A DNA stretch of 64,000 bases from contig QPMI01000104.1 of assembly GCA_004431415.1 (NCBI GenBank), positions 62,001 to 126,000 of the forward strand, in the 5' to 3' direction. The position numbers and the translations under genes were made by a program. Shown here piece by piece: positions 11,226-22,699 of the stretch; the stretch's first letter is position 1, and every line of letters begins with the position of its first letter. Under the pieces are notes generated by a model, which saw nothing but the letters and a program-made list of their open reading frames with translations, was not told where the DNA came from and did not search any database. The stretch comes from Cyanophora paradoxa CCMP329 (taxonomy: Eukaryota > Plantae > Glaucophyta).

Positions 11226-12305
11226 TTATGAAGAGCTGAGAAGCATACATCCGAAGAAAAATCTGACATTATATTCTATATTACCAGCATCATTAGAAGC
11301 AAAAGTTAAAGAGAGACCATCATTAGCTTCAAGGCTTACAATAATCTCAAACCCATTATGAGCATACACAGTTGATGATTTATTTAAAGTTGTAACCTCA
11401 ACTCCAAATGAGCTTCCATTCTTTCGTAAGGAGGTAGTGATTATTCCATTTCTTCGAGTATCAGGAATAAAAAAGAATCCACTGAATGAGACTAAATAGT
11501 TACCGGAAACAGGTGCGGTAAAAAGCCCTGTTGTGGTATTGAAATGATTTCCATTGTTGACTATCGCATAAAAGGATTCGGTTTGAATGTAACGAAATGT
11601 TTCAGTTATTGACCCATTTGGTTGCTGTTTTGTTGCAAAGAAACGAGGGTGACTACTTAATTTCAGATACTTGTAGTCAGGAAGTGTGAGATGTTGAACA
11701 GTTGTGTTATCTGTTTGAGTTGTTTTTTGAAGAGAGAAGATTGTGTCCCCATTCCTCTTGTAATTCATGACTGTGTCACTTATGTTGTCAATCTCAGGTG
11801 TATTTATTCTTGTGGAAAGTGTGAGTGTTCCATACTGAATACTCCCTGAAAGCCCACCATTGAAATTCATATACCCACCAAAACTACTTGTCCCGTTCAC
11901 ATTTAATTGATTTGCTGTGACAGTCCCCACAACATTTGCTCCATCACCAATGTATGCTCCTCCACTTTTCACCACAAGAGCAGAACTATTACTTGTGTTA
12001 CCAAAAGTAACTATCTGTGCTGTGGTGACTCCACCCACATTATCATATATTGCTGAATTGGGGACTACCTGACCTGCTTGAACTTGGTTTTTATTCGAGA
12101 TTATAATGCCTGTGGTTCTAATCTTGCCTCCATTTCGATCACATCGAATTTCTTTGACCCTCAGTATACTGTTCTCTGTGAAAGAGGTATTACTTGTAGT
12201 TTCAGTGCAAATAAAACCGGGTGTGGAGTCGACTACTTCATGAGAGGTGCTGTGGAGTGATTTGGCTGCAAGTTCATAGTTTGGAATCTCTAAAAGGGAG
12301 GTCAT
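11226..12305 (-). CDS. fibre-family protein 4 with C-terminal C1q-like domain
   Basis: N-module highly similar to protein 3; FNTTTGLFTAPVSGNYLVSF...LEANDGL; probable start MTSLL at 12305. Confidence 0.8.
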   Translation of the reverse strand: MTSLLEIPNYELAAKSLHSTSHEVVDSTPGFICTETTSNTSFTENSILRVKEIRCDRNGGKIRTTGIIISNKNQVQAGQVVPNSAIYDNVGGVTTAQIVTFGNTSNSSALVVKSGGAYIGDGANVVGTVTANQLNVNGTSSFGGYMNFNGGLSGSIQYGTLTLSTRINTPEIDNISDTVMNYKRNGDTIFSLQKTTQTDNTTVQHLTLPDYKYLKLSSHPRFFATKQQPNGSITETFRYIQTESFYAIVNNGNHFNTTTGLFTAPVSGNYLVSFSGFFFIPDTRRNGIITTSLRKNGSSFGVEVTTLNKSSTVYAHNGFEIIVSLEANDGLSLTFASNDAGNIEYNVRFFFGCMLLSSS

Positions 12306-12324
12306 CTTTATAATTACGAAATAG

Positions 12325-15300
12325 TTAAATTGCGACAGCAATGTAATGAATTGTAACTGGAAATCCTGGTCTGTCAAAAGAACTTAATGGAACTATGTCA
12401 AGCTCACAAGTGAAATAGCTACTGTAAACTTGTTTAAGCCTAACATACATTCGATAGTAGTAGGCTGTCTCATTGTGTTGTATACCAGTTGTTACAATAG
12501 GAGGGTTAGCAAAGCTGCTGTTGAAATTAATAGTGAGGTTAAACGTATGGTCAGGATTTGCCCAAAGATAAGGAGTAGTGTAAACATACGTTCCTGCTTG
12601 GATTTTCCCATTAAAATATGCATTGAGTTGACTGGAAAGATCTGCCTCTGTAATACATCGACTGATGGTCGCATTATTTGAGGGGTTCATAGCATAGAAA
12701 TTTCTTGCATAGGCATTTCCACGAACAAGTAAGGTTTTATCAAAGTAATTCTGCGAATTGTGGAAGAACCATGTTTCTTCAAACATAGGTCCTGCTGGTT
12801 CTACAATCTGACCTGATCCTACATACATTGTGTTGTTGGCTCTGATTGTGGTGGCTGTGAAAGGATCAAGAGTTGGTCTATTGGTCAAATCATTGTAGTT
12901 TCCTGAGAAAATTGCAGGTTTGTTATAGATATCTGTATTCCAATCATGAGTGTGTGCAAAATCTGTAATCTCTGCCTTTGTGTGGGTGTGACCAACATAT
13001 GCAACATTTCCAAGATCTGTAATCTCTGCCTTGGTATGGGTGTGACCCACATATGCAACATTTCCGAGATCTAATATCTCTGATTTAACATGAGTGTGAG
13101 CGAAATTTGTGATATCTGCTCTTGTGTGGAAGTGTGCAAAATCTGTAATTTGTGATTTGGTGTGAGTGTGTGCAAAATCTGTGATTTCTGCCTTTGTGTG
13201 GGTGTGTGATCTATTATTTAGATCAAGGAAACTACCCGAAAATGCAACAGGATGCAGATTTGCAGCAGTAGGTTTATTTATGAGATCATTATAATCTCCT
13301 GTGAAAGAGATGGTCTTTAGTTCACCCCTTCCTACATAATCAGAAGGGAGATCAATCTTAATGGGCATAATAGCTGGATCATCAGGTATCTCATACTCAC
13401 CTCCTGGATGAACCACAGGAAAGGTTTGATTGCTTTCAGTATGGACAAAGAAGTTACATGCTGTTACTGTTCCATCAATAGTCCCACCTGTGAGAGGGAG
13501 GTAATTGCCTGTAACACCAATACCTATACCTGCAATGATTACATTCAGCTCTGTTTCATCTATGTAGTTTTGGGCTTGAAGGTAATCCTCTGTGACTACT
13601 CTCGAAATGCTCTCATTGTGTATGTTTTTTGCAGCCATTCTTTGATTGGCTTCCAGAACCCCACCATAATCTGTTTTAATCCATGCAAGCTCTGCCCTTC
13701 CATAATTATCATTTGCAGTTCCCACTATGGGAATGTAGGAATACTTATCTCGACTGAAAACTATCATTGGTCTTGAGCCATCTAAGCTGCTTACATCTGC
13801 TACATGAACCTGTATAGCAGAGTTGTAATTTTGGTAGGTTGCTGGGTCTGTTGGGACTCTGAATGTATCTGTGGGAATGTCAGCCTCCATGTAGCTTGAC
13901 ACAAAGATATTTGGTATGGTTGCTCCTGGTGGTGGTGGGGTTTCAAAAGAGCCTGGTAATGTCCTAATATGAAGTGGTCCTCTCATAGCTGAATTTGCAA
14001 GTGTCCCATTCACATGAACATAGTGTTCATTCAAAAAGATCCTTTCAGGGATATTACAAGTCTGGTAAAGAGAAACCCCAAGTTATCAAGAGGCTCCACC
14101 TTTGCAAATTCTGGTTGGTCATTGATCTCATCCCAAATATGTTCATGTTTGCTTGGTGGGAACTCAGTTGGAATCCCATCAATTTCACCCCAATCATGCC
14201 TGTGATCCTCTGGTGGATACTTTTGAGGTTTGCCTAAGATCTCATCCCAATCATGATTGTGATCCTCTGGGGGATACTTTGCAGGTTTATTATTAATTTG
14301 TTCATAATCAGGGAAGAACTCCCAGATCTCAGGTCGAAATCCATCTGGTAACAATTCCTCATGGGGTTCATAAGGTTGCTCATAGTCAACAGCTGGTGGA
14401 TCATGACCATCTGGTAAATACTCCTCATCAGGTTCATAGTTCTGTTCATACTCATATTCTTGTGGGTCAAAACCATCTGGGAGTATCTCCTCCTCATTGG
14501 GGTCAAACTGATCATACTCATATTCTTGTGGGTCGAAACCATCTGGTAAATATTCTTCCTCATCTGGAACGAATTGATATTCATCAAGCTCTAATATATC
14601 GATTTCAGGAGGTAAATACTGCTCATCTATTTGCTTTTTTGGTTCAATTATAGGTTTATTGCGAACTTGCTCCCAACTAACAATGTGCTGCCCAAAGGCT
14701 ACATCTTCAGTTGCTGTGTATTCTCTTCCAGGTTGCTTCTTTGGTGTTAAATCGGGTGGTCCATTGGGAAATGGAATAGGGAATGGGACAGTAGGTCCAT
14801 TGGGACCATAATGCTCAATGATTTCTCTTAGGGTTTTCTCACTTACAAGCTTCTCTCCATTTGCATACACATTGCTGCCATGGATATTTCGCCATTGCCT
14901 GGTTCGAATTCCAAGGTCTTTCACATTGCTATACAAAGGCAAAAGGTGCCTATCCATTTCGACTAAATCAGGGTGTAAATGGATTGCTACTGGTTGACTG
15001 GGGCTACTGTTGATTGTAATTGATGGCTTTTTTTGATGGACATCTTTTGGAGTAAAGAACCCAAAAGGCTCATTTCTTGCAAAGTCATATGTAATATCCT
15101 TGGGGTAGACATCATTTGTGTAGGAGACCTGATTTGTATTGGCAATGGGACCCACTTGCAATACTTGGGGGACCTCAGCTTTTGCAGTGCTGCCCTCATT
15201 GTAAATTCGCAAAGCTGTGTTCTGTTTGCCCTGCTCATCTTGAACATTGAAAATCAATCGACCACTATCGAACCTGGAAGGTATATCTGGGTGAGTGCCA

Positions 15301-15584
15301 CTGGTTTTTAGTTTCCTAGGTCTCCTTCTTGTTGCTTTGATCTCTGCCACTTGGTTTGCTTTCACATTACCCAAACTAAAGGCTACACTGACATCCTCTT
15401 TATCTGGATCGGTTTGATTCACAGATAAAGCATGCTCCCTTGATTGAGTCTTTGATGAATTATCAGAGCTGTGGTCAATTGAAACTGAACCCTTTACTTT
15501 AATATTATCAAAGTTCACATGCTTGGTGCTGCTTGCATTATCATCTTGAATGGTTTCTAGATTTGGTGGGTAATTGAAGCTCAT
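12325..15584 (-). CDS. large repetitive tail-fibre-like protein (~1085 aa when a frameshift at ~14077 is repaired)
   Basis: HTHTKAEITD(F/L), FSGxYNDL, PPEDHxHDWxEI and EExLPDGFDP repeats; C-terminal FNSSFANPPIV (H-lectin/gp53-like). The lower ORF starts at TTG and is joined to the upper ORF by +1 base in a C4 run. Confidence 0.7.
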
Positions 15585-15627
15585 GGCTTTTACTATATGG
15601 ATTTATAAAATTCCTGATAAGTAAAAG

Positions 15628-17183
15628 ATGCCTCTCAAGGTCGTTTTAAGTCTTTCTGGCGGGGGTGCAAGGGGCATTATCATAACCAGGCTGCTAAAAG
15701 AAATCGAAAATCGAACTGGCAGGAGAATAATCGATCTTGTGGATCTTGTGAGTGGAACTTCCACTGGTGGGATCATTGCAATAGGTTTGAATATAAGGCA
15801 TCCTGATAGACCAGGTGAACCTAAACTGACAGCAAACGATTTACACAATATTTACCTAACTCAACTGCCTTTGATTTTCGCAAATCCTCGAAATATCATT
15901 GAAAATGCCCTATTTAACACAAAGTATGATGTGGGACCCTTGGAGACTGCAATCAATTCAGTTACTGGGGAATCACTAATACAGGATTCCCTAAAGGACA
16001 TTGTGATTACATCTTTTGATACTCAGAATATGAAACCAATATTTATCACAAATGATAACAATTACAACTTTATGCCCTGTAAGATTGCTGCTAGGGCTAC
16101 TTCTGCTGCTCCTACATACTTTTCACCTGTAAGCATTGTTGATTTCAATCGGGGAGTATATGTCTGTCTCATTGATGGTGCCATTTCGGGAAACAATAAT
16201 CCCAGTGTGTGTGGTTACAGCCATGCAAAGAAGATTTACAGTGATGATGATGACATTATAGTAATAAGTATCTCTTGTGGAGAGGTGGACCCACATTTAG
16301 AGTCTGATTATGTGGGTTATGCTTATGAGACTGTCAACAGCTGGGGCATTCTCTCATGGATTGCCTCAACAGATGGAAGCCCATTGATTAACATGCTCAT
16401 GGCTGCAAGTGAGCTTTCTGCCCTTGATAAGATGGAGGAGTTGTTACCCTACAACTATGATCAGGATTATGGGAGATACTATAGGTTATCAGTACCTCTT
16501 CCGAATCACATAGTAAGCTCCCTGGATGACACTTCTAAAATCCCAGATATGCTTTCTTTCACAGAAACATACATAGCAGCAAACAATGATATGATTAATA
16601 AGCTTTGCAGCATTCTAGTAGCAAACTATGAATTAAAGAACCCTACAAAGGCTTACATCTCATCCACTCTCACTACATCACCACCTTTGGATGCTAATTG
16701 GTATCAGCTTGCAGATGATGCCTTCACTGCCTCATCCTCTGTGACTGGTAAAGAGCCTTTCATGGCTAGACCTTCAGCATTTGGCTGGGAAGCTGGAGCC
16801 TATGCTCCTGAGCAGATATGGGAAACCCCACTGAATACCTTCAAGTTGCTTTTCCATATACTTTTGAACTCTCTTCTGTGATTGCCTATGGATCAGGGGA
16901 CACCAATGCTTTTATTAAGACTTTCAATGTGGCAACATCCACTGATGGGATCAACTGGTCTTTTATTCGATCAGATGGGCAAAACAAAATATATGTCTGT
17001 GAGAACATTAACAATGCTCACAACTCAGGTGATGTGGCTCTATTGAGTGGATTTCCTCTCAGCATCAAGGATGCTTTTTACATAGGTTTTTCTCTCAGAA
17101 TTAAATATATTCGCATTTATCCCCTTGTGTATGTGAATGCTCCCACAATGAGAGTTGACTTTACAGGTGCCTTTATTCGATAA
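15628..17183 (+). CDS. patatin-like phospholipase fused to an F5/8 type C (discoidin) domain; frameshift at ~16820
   Basis: GGGARG, GTSTG, ATSAAPTYF and DGA motifs; downstream EYLQV...STDGINW...YIRIYP...MRVD. Confidence 0.85.
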
Positions 17184-18105
17184 ACTCCAACTGAAAAGAA
17201 TTATCGATTCCATTCATATCAATCAGTTCACCAAAGTAATCTTTAAACTCAACTGTGAGTTCCCTTATCACCAGGTTTCTGTCATTTATCTGAATGAATT
17301 CTGCATGTTCACCACTATGGTAAACATAGCCACCTATATCCTTACTCAATTGCAATCTAAGGATTGCCCCCTGGTTATGTGGTTGCGATTTCGGAATTAT
17401 ATTGTGTCTGCTGGCAAAAGGGGCAAGCTCTTTAATGTGCATGTATAGATACTGCTCAGCATTCATATCAGACATCTTTCTGCTGTCAAAATAATATTGC
17501 AAGGGCTTAGATGAGAGTCTGGGTCCTGAGAAGGTGATTCCCCATGCTGGGTGATCAGGTGTAATAGGTTTGCCATCATACTTTAAAAGGTTCTCAGGTC
17601 GATAGGGAGATCCACCAGCAGGAGGAGTGCTATAATAACCATTGGTGTATTCAGTAGAACTCACACCCAAAAGCTTCCCTATTCTCTGGTTGCTTGCAAT
17701 AAAACGAAACTCATGGTTACTGTAAAACTCCACTTTATAGGTAGTTGGGTTGTAGAATATCTTGAACTCAAAAGCTACTGTTTTGCCTGCAATAGTTTGG
17801 AAGCTTGAATAGTTCAGCCCATAATTATAAGGGTGTGTGACCCCAAAATGACCCTGATTGATGTAGCCACTGGGAAGGGGATACACTTGTTGTGTGATCA
17901 CTTGGTTATATGAACCATCTTGGTAATTAAACTGAACTGTTAGATGATCAGTTCCCACACTGTTATAGATACTGTTTGGAATCTCTGCATAGAGAACCCT
18001 ACATTCCCTTGGTCTCTCTACTGGAGTTGTGAGGGTGACCCTGTAAGAGTTTTCATTTTGTCCTTGGCTTCTATCCCTGCTATCAATATTAACGAGCCGG
18101 TTCAT
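17173..18105 (-). CDS. minor capsid (penton-like single jelly-roll) protein A
   Basis: N-terminal IDSRDR...YAEIPNSIYN; C-terminal LTVEFKDYFGELIDMNGIDNSFQLEF. Confidence 0.7.
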   Translation of the reverse strand: MNRLVNIDSRDRSQGQNENSYRVTLTTPVERPRECRVLYAEIPNSIYNSVGTDHLTVQFNYQDGSYNQVITQQVYPLPSGYINQGHFGVTHPYNYGLNYSSFQTIAGKTVAFEFKIFYNPTTYKVEFYSNHEFRFIASNQRIGKLLGVSSTEYTNGYYSTPPAGGSPYRPENLLKYDGKPITPDHPAWGITFSGPRLSSKPLQYYFDSRKMSDMNAEQYLYMHIKELAPFASRHNIIPKSQPHNQGAILRLQLSKDIGGYVYHSGEHAEFIQINDRNLVIRELTVEFKDYFGELIDMNGIDNSFQLEFIE

Positions 18106-18134
18106 TTTAATATATAAATATAGATAAAAGAAGA

Positions 18135-19145
18135 ATGCCTGTGGATTACATCGAGGTTAGCTCATTTAATACAATCTCTGGTGATGGTCCCACATCAAGC
18201 TTTGTGGCTAGACTCCCCAGTAGTTATGAGAATGTGAGGGCTGTGAGACTGGTCTCAGCCGAATTTTATAACAGTATCCCTATGGTGAGTGGTGAAACCA
18301 AAGCAGGAGATGTGACAGTTGACAATGCATTTAGCATTTATTATTCTGAACAAACTCCTGGAGCTGGAAGCTCAGGAATTCCAACAGTTCGCCCAGCTGC
18401 TGACTATGAACAATGGAAACAATTCATTATAAGTCGAAACACCCCCATCCAAAGCCACCAGCAACTGGTGAATGTAATTAACTCTAAATTCGAAGGCAGA
18501 AATCCCCAACCATCCATTCGCTGCAAATGGGATGAATCACTGAAACGAATTATATTCCACTCAGCAGTACCATTTTACTTGGCTTTCTCAGTAGCTGTGA
18601 ACCCAAGCCAACAAACAATCCAAAAGCTGTTGAGTTCAGCTAGACTGCTGGGTCTTGATCCTGGAAGATATGGTAACTCCCCAATCCAATCACAGGTCTA
18701 TGATGCTCTCACTGATGGAATCTTTACTGGTGGTCGCGTGAATGGCATTATATCTTCTTTTGAGCCTGAGAAGACCAGGGACAGTGTTTTGTTTGTGAGA
18801 GTAAAGGAGCTGGGTGATCTGGTGCAATGTGGGGATGGTCTTCTGACTGGTTACTTTCACAAAATAGTGGTCCCTGATAAAGACTATGGTGAGCATGTTG
18901 TTTACAATTCAACAGAAGCTCATCCACTTTATAAATACTATAACAAAAAGGTTGGATTATCCACTTTCTCGGTTGATATTGTTAATGCTGTAAATGAACC
19001 AATTGATTTTGAGGGTCAACCTGTTCATCTGACCTTTGAAATTCGCTATGGTGATGAGCCAGCAGGAGACCCAGTTTATGAATACTTTAAGATGAGAATG
19101 TCGCAGCTTCACCCTTCCTATCCAGTTATTACAAGCTTCGCATAA
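18135..19145 (+). CDS. minor capsid (penton-like) protein B
   Basis: YENVRAVRLVSAEFYNSIP...NEPIDFEGQPVHLTFEI; immediately upstream of the MCP. Confidence 0.7.
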   Translation: MPVDYIEVSSFNTISGDGPTSSFVARLPSSYENVRAVRLVSAEFYNSIPMVSGETKAGDVTVDNAFSIYYSEQTPGAGSSGIPTVRPAADYEQWKQFIISRNTPIQSHQQLVNVINSKFEGRNPQPSIRCKWDESLKRIIFHSAVPFYLAFSVAVNPSQQTIQKLLSSARLLGLDPGRYGNSPIQSQVYDALTDGIFTGGRVNGIISSFEPEKTRDSVLFVRVKELGDLVQCGDGLLTGYFHKIVVPDKDYGEHVVYNSTEAHPLYKYYNKKVGLSTFSVDIVNAVNEPIDFEGQPVHLTFEIRYGDEPAGDPVYEYFKMRMSQLHPSYPVITSFA

Positions 19146-19198
19146 ATTAAGGATCATTGGTAGATTTTTTATGTTGCAGTATAATAAAAGAGAATATA

Positions 19199-20566
19199 AT
19201 GGATATCACTTCCACTCTTCAAAGACTTTCGCTGAAAGAAGCCCTAACAACCCCAGAGGAGGCGAAAGCCTTTTTCCTGGATAACTCCCTTATGCTTGGT
19301 CTCGAATCCAAGTCTAAGCCAGTTCTAGTTGTTGTGAATCCCAGCAATACTTTTGAGAATAATGTTGGAAATCGCATTTCCTTCAAGCTACCTCGCTACA
19401 ATTTCTGTGGAAAACTCGAACTTGCTTTCGACCTTCCAGCCATCACTTTTGCTGGTGATACTGACCTAGTTCGCAATGGATACACTCGCCCAGTTGGTGC
19501 TTTAGTTCAGCGACTTGAAATTACCTATGGATCTTACACCTACCATATTCCATCTGATTTCCTTGCTCATTTCCCCCTGGTCTATTATTCGGAGGATCAA
19601 CTAGCTAAAAAGAAGCGATCAATGGGCATGGTTCATGGCATTCCTGCTCATGGAACCAACCGCCTTGGTGGCTCATTTTTCGTTGAAATTCCTGTGCCTT
19701 GGCTAAATCACTACCTTCCCCTTGGTGCTTTATCTGGTGAAATGGTTGTTACTGTTTGGTTTAAGGATGCTGAGAAGGGTTATGTTGAAACTTCCTATGG
19801 TGGTCGTGAACTCACAACTGCTGTTGGAACAGTTGATGCAACTGCCGATGATGGTCTTGGAAACTTCACAGATGGAACCCTTGCCCATGTTGGTCAAAAC
19901 ATCACCACTTTCAGTCTTGGTGCAACAACCCCTGGTATTACAATTACCTCTCCTCGCCTTTACATGCATGCTATTAATGTTTCTGATGAGCTTTTCGCTA
20001 CTGTTATTGAAAAAGTAAAGACTACTGGCATGGCTATTCCTGCTCTAGACATTGGGTTTGTTGATGCTAGTGCTTTCCCTGCCAAGGGCAATGCCCAACC
20101 CAATCGAATTAACCTCTCTCAAATCTCTGGACTGGTTTATGCTCTGCTTGTTTCAGTTCGTGATAATGCAACTGTTGATAAATCCACAGGCTCCCACAGT
20201 GTTCTTAAGACCTATGCCAACTCCAAAGAGATAACATTCACAACTGAAATAAATGGACAGCGACTTTTTGCCACTGAGCCAATTTCCCTACTCAAAGGTG
20301 CTGAGCTAATTGCTGATGCCTTCAAATGCTCTAACATGGATAAGGTTGCTGATCGCTATGTCCTTTCAGGATTGCCTTTCTGCCTTGATGGAGAAAAGGC
20401 GATTCGAAATATTGCCCAGTCTGGTTATGTTGATTTAACAAATTCCTCCTCTTCATTCCTCACCCTCTACATGCCTTCAGATAAGGTAATCGATGTTAAT
20501 GTTCGCGCTCTCATGCATAGCTTTATTATTGTCGACAAAGATGGGCTTCGTCGTATAAATTTGTAG
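19199..20566 (+). CDS. putative double jelly-roll major capsid protein
   Basis: 455 aa, beta-rich, between the penton and A32 ATPase genes; full-length homologue at 33842-35290. Confidence 0.75.
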   Translation: MDITSTLQRLSLKEALTTPEEAKAFFLDNSLMLGLESKSKPVLVVVNPSNTFENNVGNRISFKLPRYNFCGKLELAFDLPAITFAGDTDLVRNGYTRPVGALVQRLEITYGSYTYHIPSDFLAHFPLVYYSEDQLAKKKRSMGMVHGIPAHGTNRLGGSFFVEIPVPWLNHYLPLGALSGEMVVTVWFKDAEKGYVETSYGGRELTTAVGTVDATADDGLGNFTDGTLAHVGQNITTFSLGATTPGITITSPRLYMHAINVSDELFATVIEKVKTTGMAIPALDIGFVDASAFPAKGNAQPNRINLSQISGLVYALLVSVRDNATVDKSTGSHSVLKTYANSKEITFTTEINGQRLFATEPISLLKGAELIADAFKCSNMDKVADRYVLSGLPFCLDGEKAIRNIAQSGYVDLTNSSSSFLTLYMPSDKVIDVNVRALMHSFIIVDKDGLRRINL

Positions 20567-20631
20567 ATTGTGACGATATTCAGTCTCCCTGCATTATTTT
20601 TATATGTCTTTATTAAGAAAGATATACAACA

Positions 20632-21363
20632 ATGACTGATTTGGATGAATTTGTGGCTGGTGAAATGATAGAGCCACCATTTCGTGTACTGGCAATAGGA
20701 AAATCAGCAACTGGTAAATCAGAAGCTGTGAAGTATTGGTTGAAGCAGTTGCATGATGCCAAAAAGATTGATGTTGTATTAGTTGTGAGTGGAACCAGCT
20801 TCAATCATTTCTGGGATAAAGTTGCAACATTGCAACTGGGAAAATGGGATGCCCCTTACATTGCTAAATTGCTAGATGAAAGGCAAGAGAAAATAGAAAA
20901 AGGTCAACCTGTTAACCAGTTATGTGTAGTTTTAGATGATCTTATAGATAATGAGATTGTAGACCTAACTCGTGATAAAATTATTGGCTCTCTGTATTCC
21001 AGAGGTCGCCATTCGAAAATATCCATTATCTGCATCACACAAAAGCTAAGGAAAGTCTCTTCGACTATTCGAGTTAATTCGGACTATGCTATGTTTCTCA
21101 GTGCTGCAAATCGCAAAGAACTTGAAGCCATAGAGGAAGAATACAATATAATGCGAAATAAAGAGGATTTTTACAAGATGTTTGAAGAGTATGTTCACTC
21201 CTATCAGTATATTATTTGGTCCTCTGCAAACTACTCAGTTAAATACTATGTAGATAAAGCTGAGCTTGTGAAAGATTTCCCATTTCCTCGCTTCCACAGG
21301 AAGCCCAAGAAGAAAGAAGATGAACTGAAACCACCAGAGAAAGAGGAAGCCCCAAAGAAGTGA
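20632..21363 (+). CDS. A32-like genome packaging ATPase
   Basis: Walker A GKSATGKS, Walker B VVLDD, RGRH and TQK motifs. Confidence 0.9.
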   Translation: MTDLDEFVAGEMIEPPFRVLAIGKSATGKSEAVKYWLKQLHDAKKIDVVLVVSGTSFNHFWDKVATLQLGKWDAPYIAKLLDERQEKIEKGQPVNQLCVVLDDLIDNEIVDLTRDKIIGSLYSRGRHSKISIICITQKLRKVSSTIRVNSDYAMFLSAANRKELEAIEEEYNIMRNKEDFYKMFEEYVHSYQYIIWSSANYSVKYYVDKAELVKDFPFPRFHRKPKKKEDELKPPEKEEAPKK

Positions 21364-21441
21364 AAAGCCAAGTCCATAGCAATAAATTGATGCGATATAA
21401 ACGCGGTTTATAAAATTATCTCTCATTCTAATAAAGATACA

Positions 21442-22140
21442 ATGCCTCCCAAACGAAAGATAGGGATCCCAGCTGGGGCTGTTGGCTATTCAGGTGGTGG
21501 AAACAATGGATCCATTAACACTGAACCACTGAAGTTCAATGGTATGAATGAGGTGAAGCCCTCACAACAAGAAGAAGACCCTCTTAATGCTGCCTATGAG
21601 GAATCAGTCGATGACAAAGCCCCACAGGCTTCAACCAGTGACCAACTCAACATCTCACCAGAAGCCTCAAAAATGAAAGCTGTTGCTGAGGGTGCCAGGC
21701 GAATTATTGGGGCTGCTGATGATAAAGGTTTAGGCTTGCAAGATCTTTCACTGGCTCGCAAAGGTGAAGGTCTTAGTAAGGAATCAGACAAGGTTATTCA
21801 GTCTATGGCTGGTGAAGTCACATATAAGACTGCTCCCACTCAAAATATTCATCGAATTCCCAAGGCTCAATGGGATGAGATGACTGCTAAACTCAAAGAT
21901 CTGGAAGCCAAATCAAGTGCCTTGGAGCAGTATGTTACTGAGAAGAAAGAGAGAGCCAAGCTAAAGGAGATGCTTCGAAAGGAAGTTTATAAAATGGGCA
22001 TTACTGGTGTCCCAGATAAACAGTTTATTGCCAAGAAGGAGAACCAAATCGATGAGCAAGCAGTAGATGAAATGAAAACAAAGACCCAAAAGGGAACCAT
22101 TGAGCCTGGTGCCACCAAAGCTGAAGTAGAAAAGGAGTAG
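21442..22140 (+). CDS. charged coiled-coil protein (positional homologue of 37092-37762)
   Basis: MPPKRK start; similar C-terminal helical segment in both elements. Confidence 0.6.
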   Translation: MPPKRKIGIPAGAVGYSGGGNNGSINTEPLKFNGMNEVKPSQQEEDPLNAAYEESVDDKAPQASTSDQLNISPEASKMKAVAEGARRIIGAADDKGLGLQDLSLARKGEGLSKESDKVIQSMAGEVTYKTAPTQNIHRIPKAQWDEMTAKLKDLEAKSSALEQYVTEKKERAKLKEMLRKEVYKMGITGVPDKQFIAKKENQIDEQAVDEMKTKTQKGTIEPGATKAEVEKE

Positions 22141-22197
22141 CCCCAACAGTATATAAAAGACGAGTTTGGCTTTAATTTTCTCTGTTTTATTAGAGAC

Positions 22198-22470
22198 ATG
22201 GATATAATACGAAAGTTTATTGAGATGCTCAGTCTGCATGTGGTCAGCAATTGCCACAGTGGATGCTGTGACACAACAATAGAGTTTGAGATGTCAGATA
22301 ATGAGGATAATGCCTCAGAAGCAAGAGAGAGAAGAAGATCAACAGTGTCTGTGGAGTCAATGCCAGCAGACCCCACAGAGTATACATATGAGCAACAGGA
22401 GTATCCAAGGAGAAGTTCTCTGCCAGCAGAAAACGTTTTCTCTGGGAATATAAATGGAGGACACTATTAG
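22198..22470 (+). CDS. small CxSGCC-motif protein
   Basis: IEMLSLHVVSNCHSGCCDTT, conserved with 37963-38310. Confidence 0.75.
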   Translation: MDIIRKFIEMLSLHVVSNCHSGCCDTTIEFEMSDNEDNASEARERRRSTVSVESMPADPTEYTYEQQEYPRRSSLPAENVFSGNINGGHY

Positions 22471-22699
22471 TTTAATCGAGTTTACCAGTGATGAACCTGT
22501 TACTGAGGGGTCTATAAGACACATTCTGGCAATGCAGAAACGATATAGAGAGGACCCAGAATATAGAGAGTATAAAAAGCAGCAAGCCCTGGCATCCTAT
22601 TATCGCAGAAAAGCCCAAAAAGAGGAGCAGAGACCCAGAGGGAGACCGATTAAATATTATTTGCCTACTGATAGTAGCAATGGACCCCCAGGTCTATAA
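22454..22699 (+). CDS. small basic putative DNA-binding protein with AT-hook
   Basis: RYREDPEYREYKK..AL.SYYRRKA and RPRGRP; homologue of 38529-38822. Confidence 0.7.
   Translation: MEDTISLIEFTSDEPVTEGSIRHILAMQKRYREDPEYREYKKQQALASYYRRKAQKEEQRPRGRPIKYYLPTDSSNGPPGL

Noticed and set aside
12960-13210. Diversity-generating retroelement repeats in the fibre genes
   Set aside because: The repeats are in-frame coding repeats; there is no reverse transcriptase and no adenine-specific TR/VR pair
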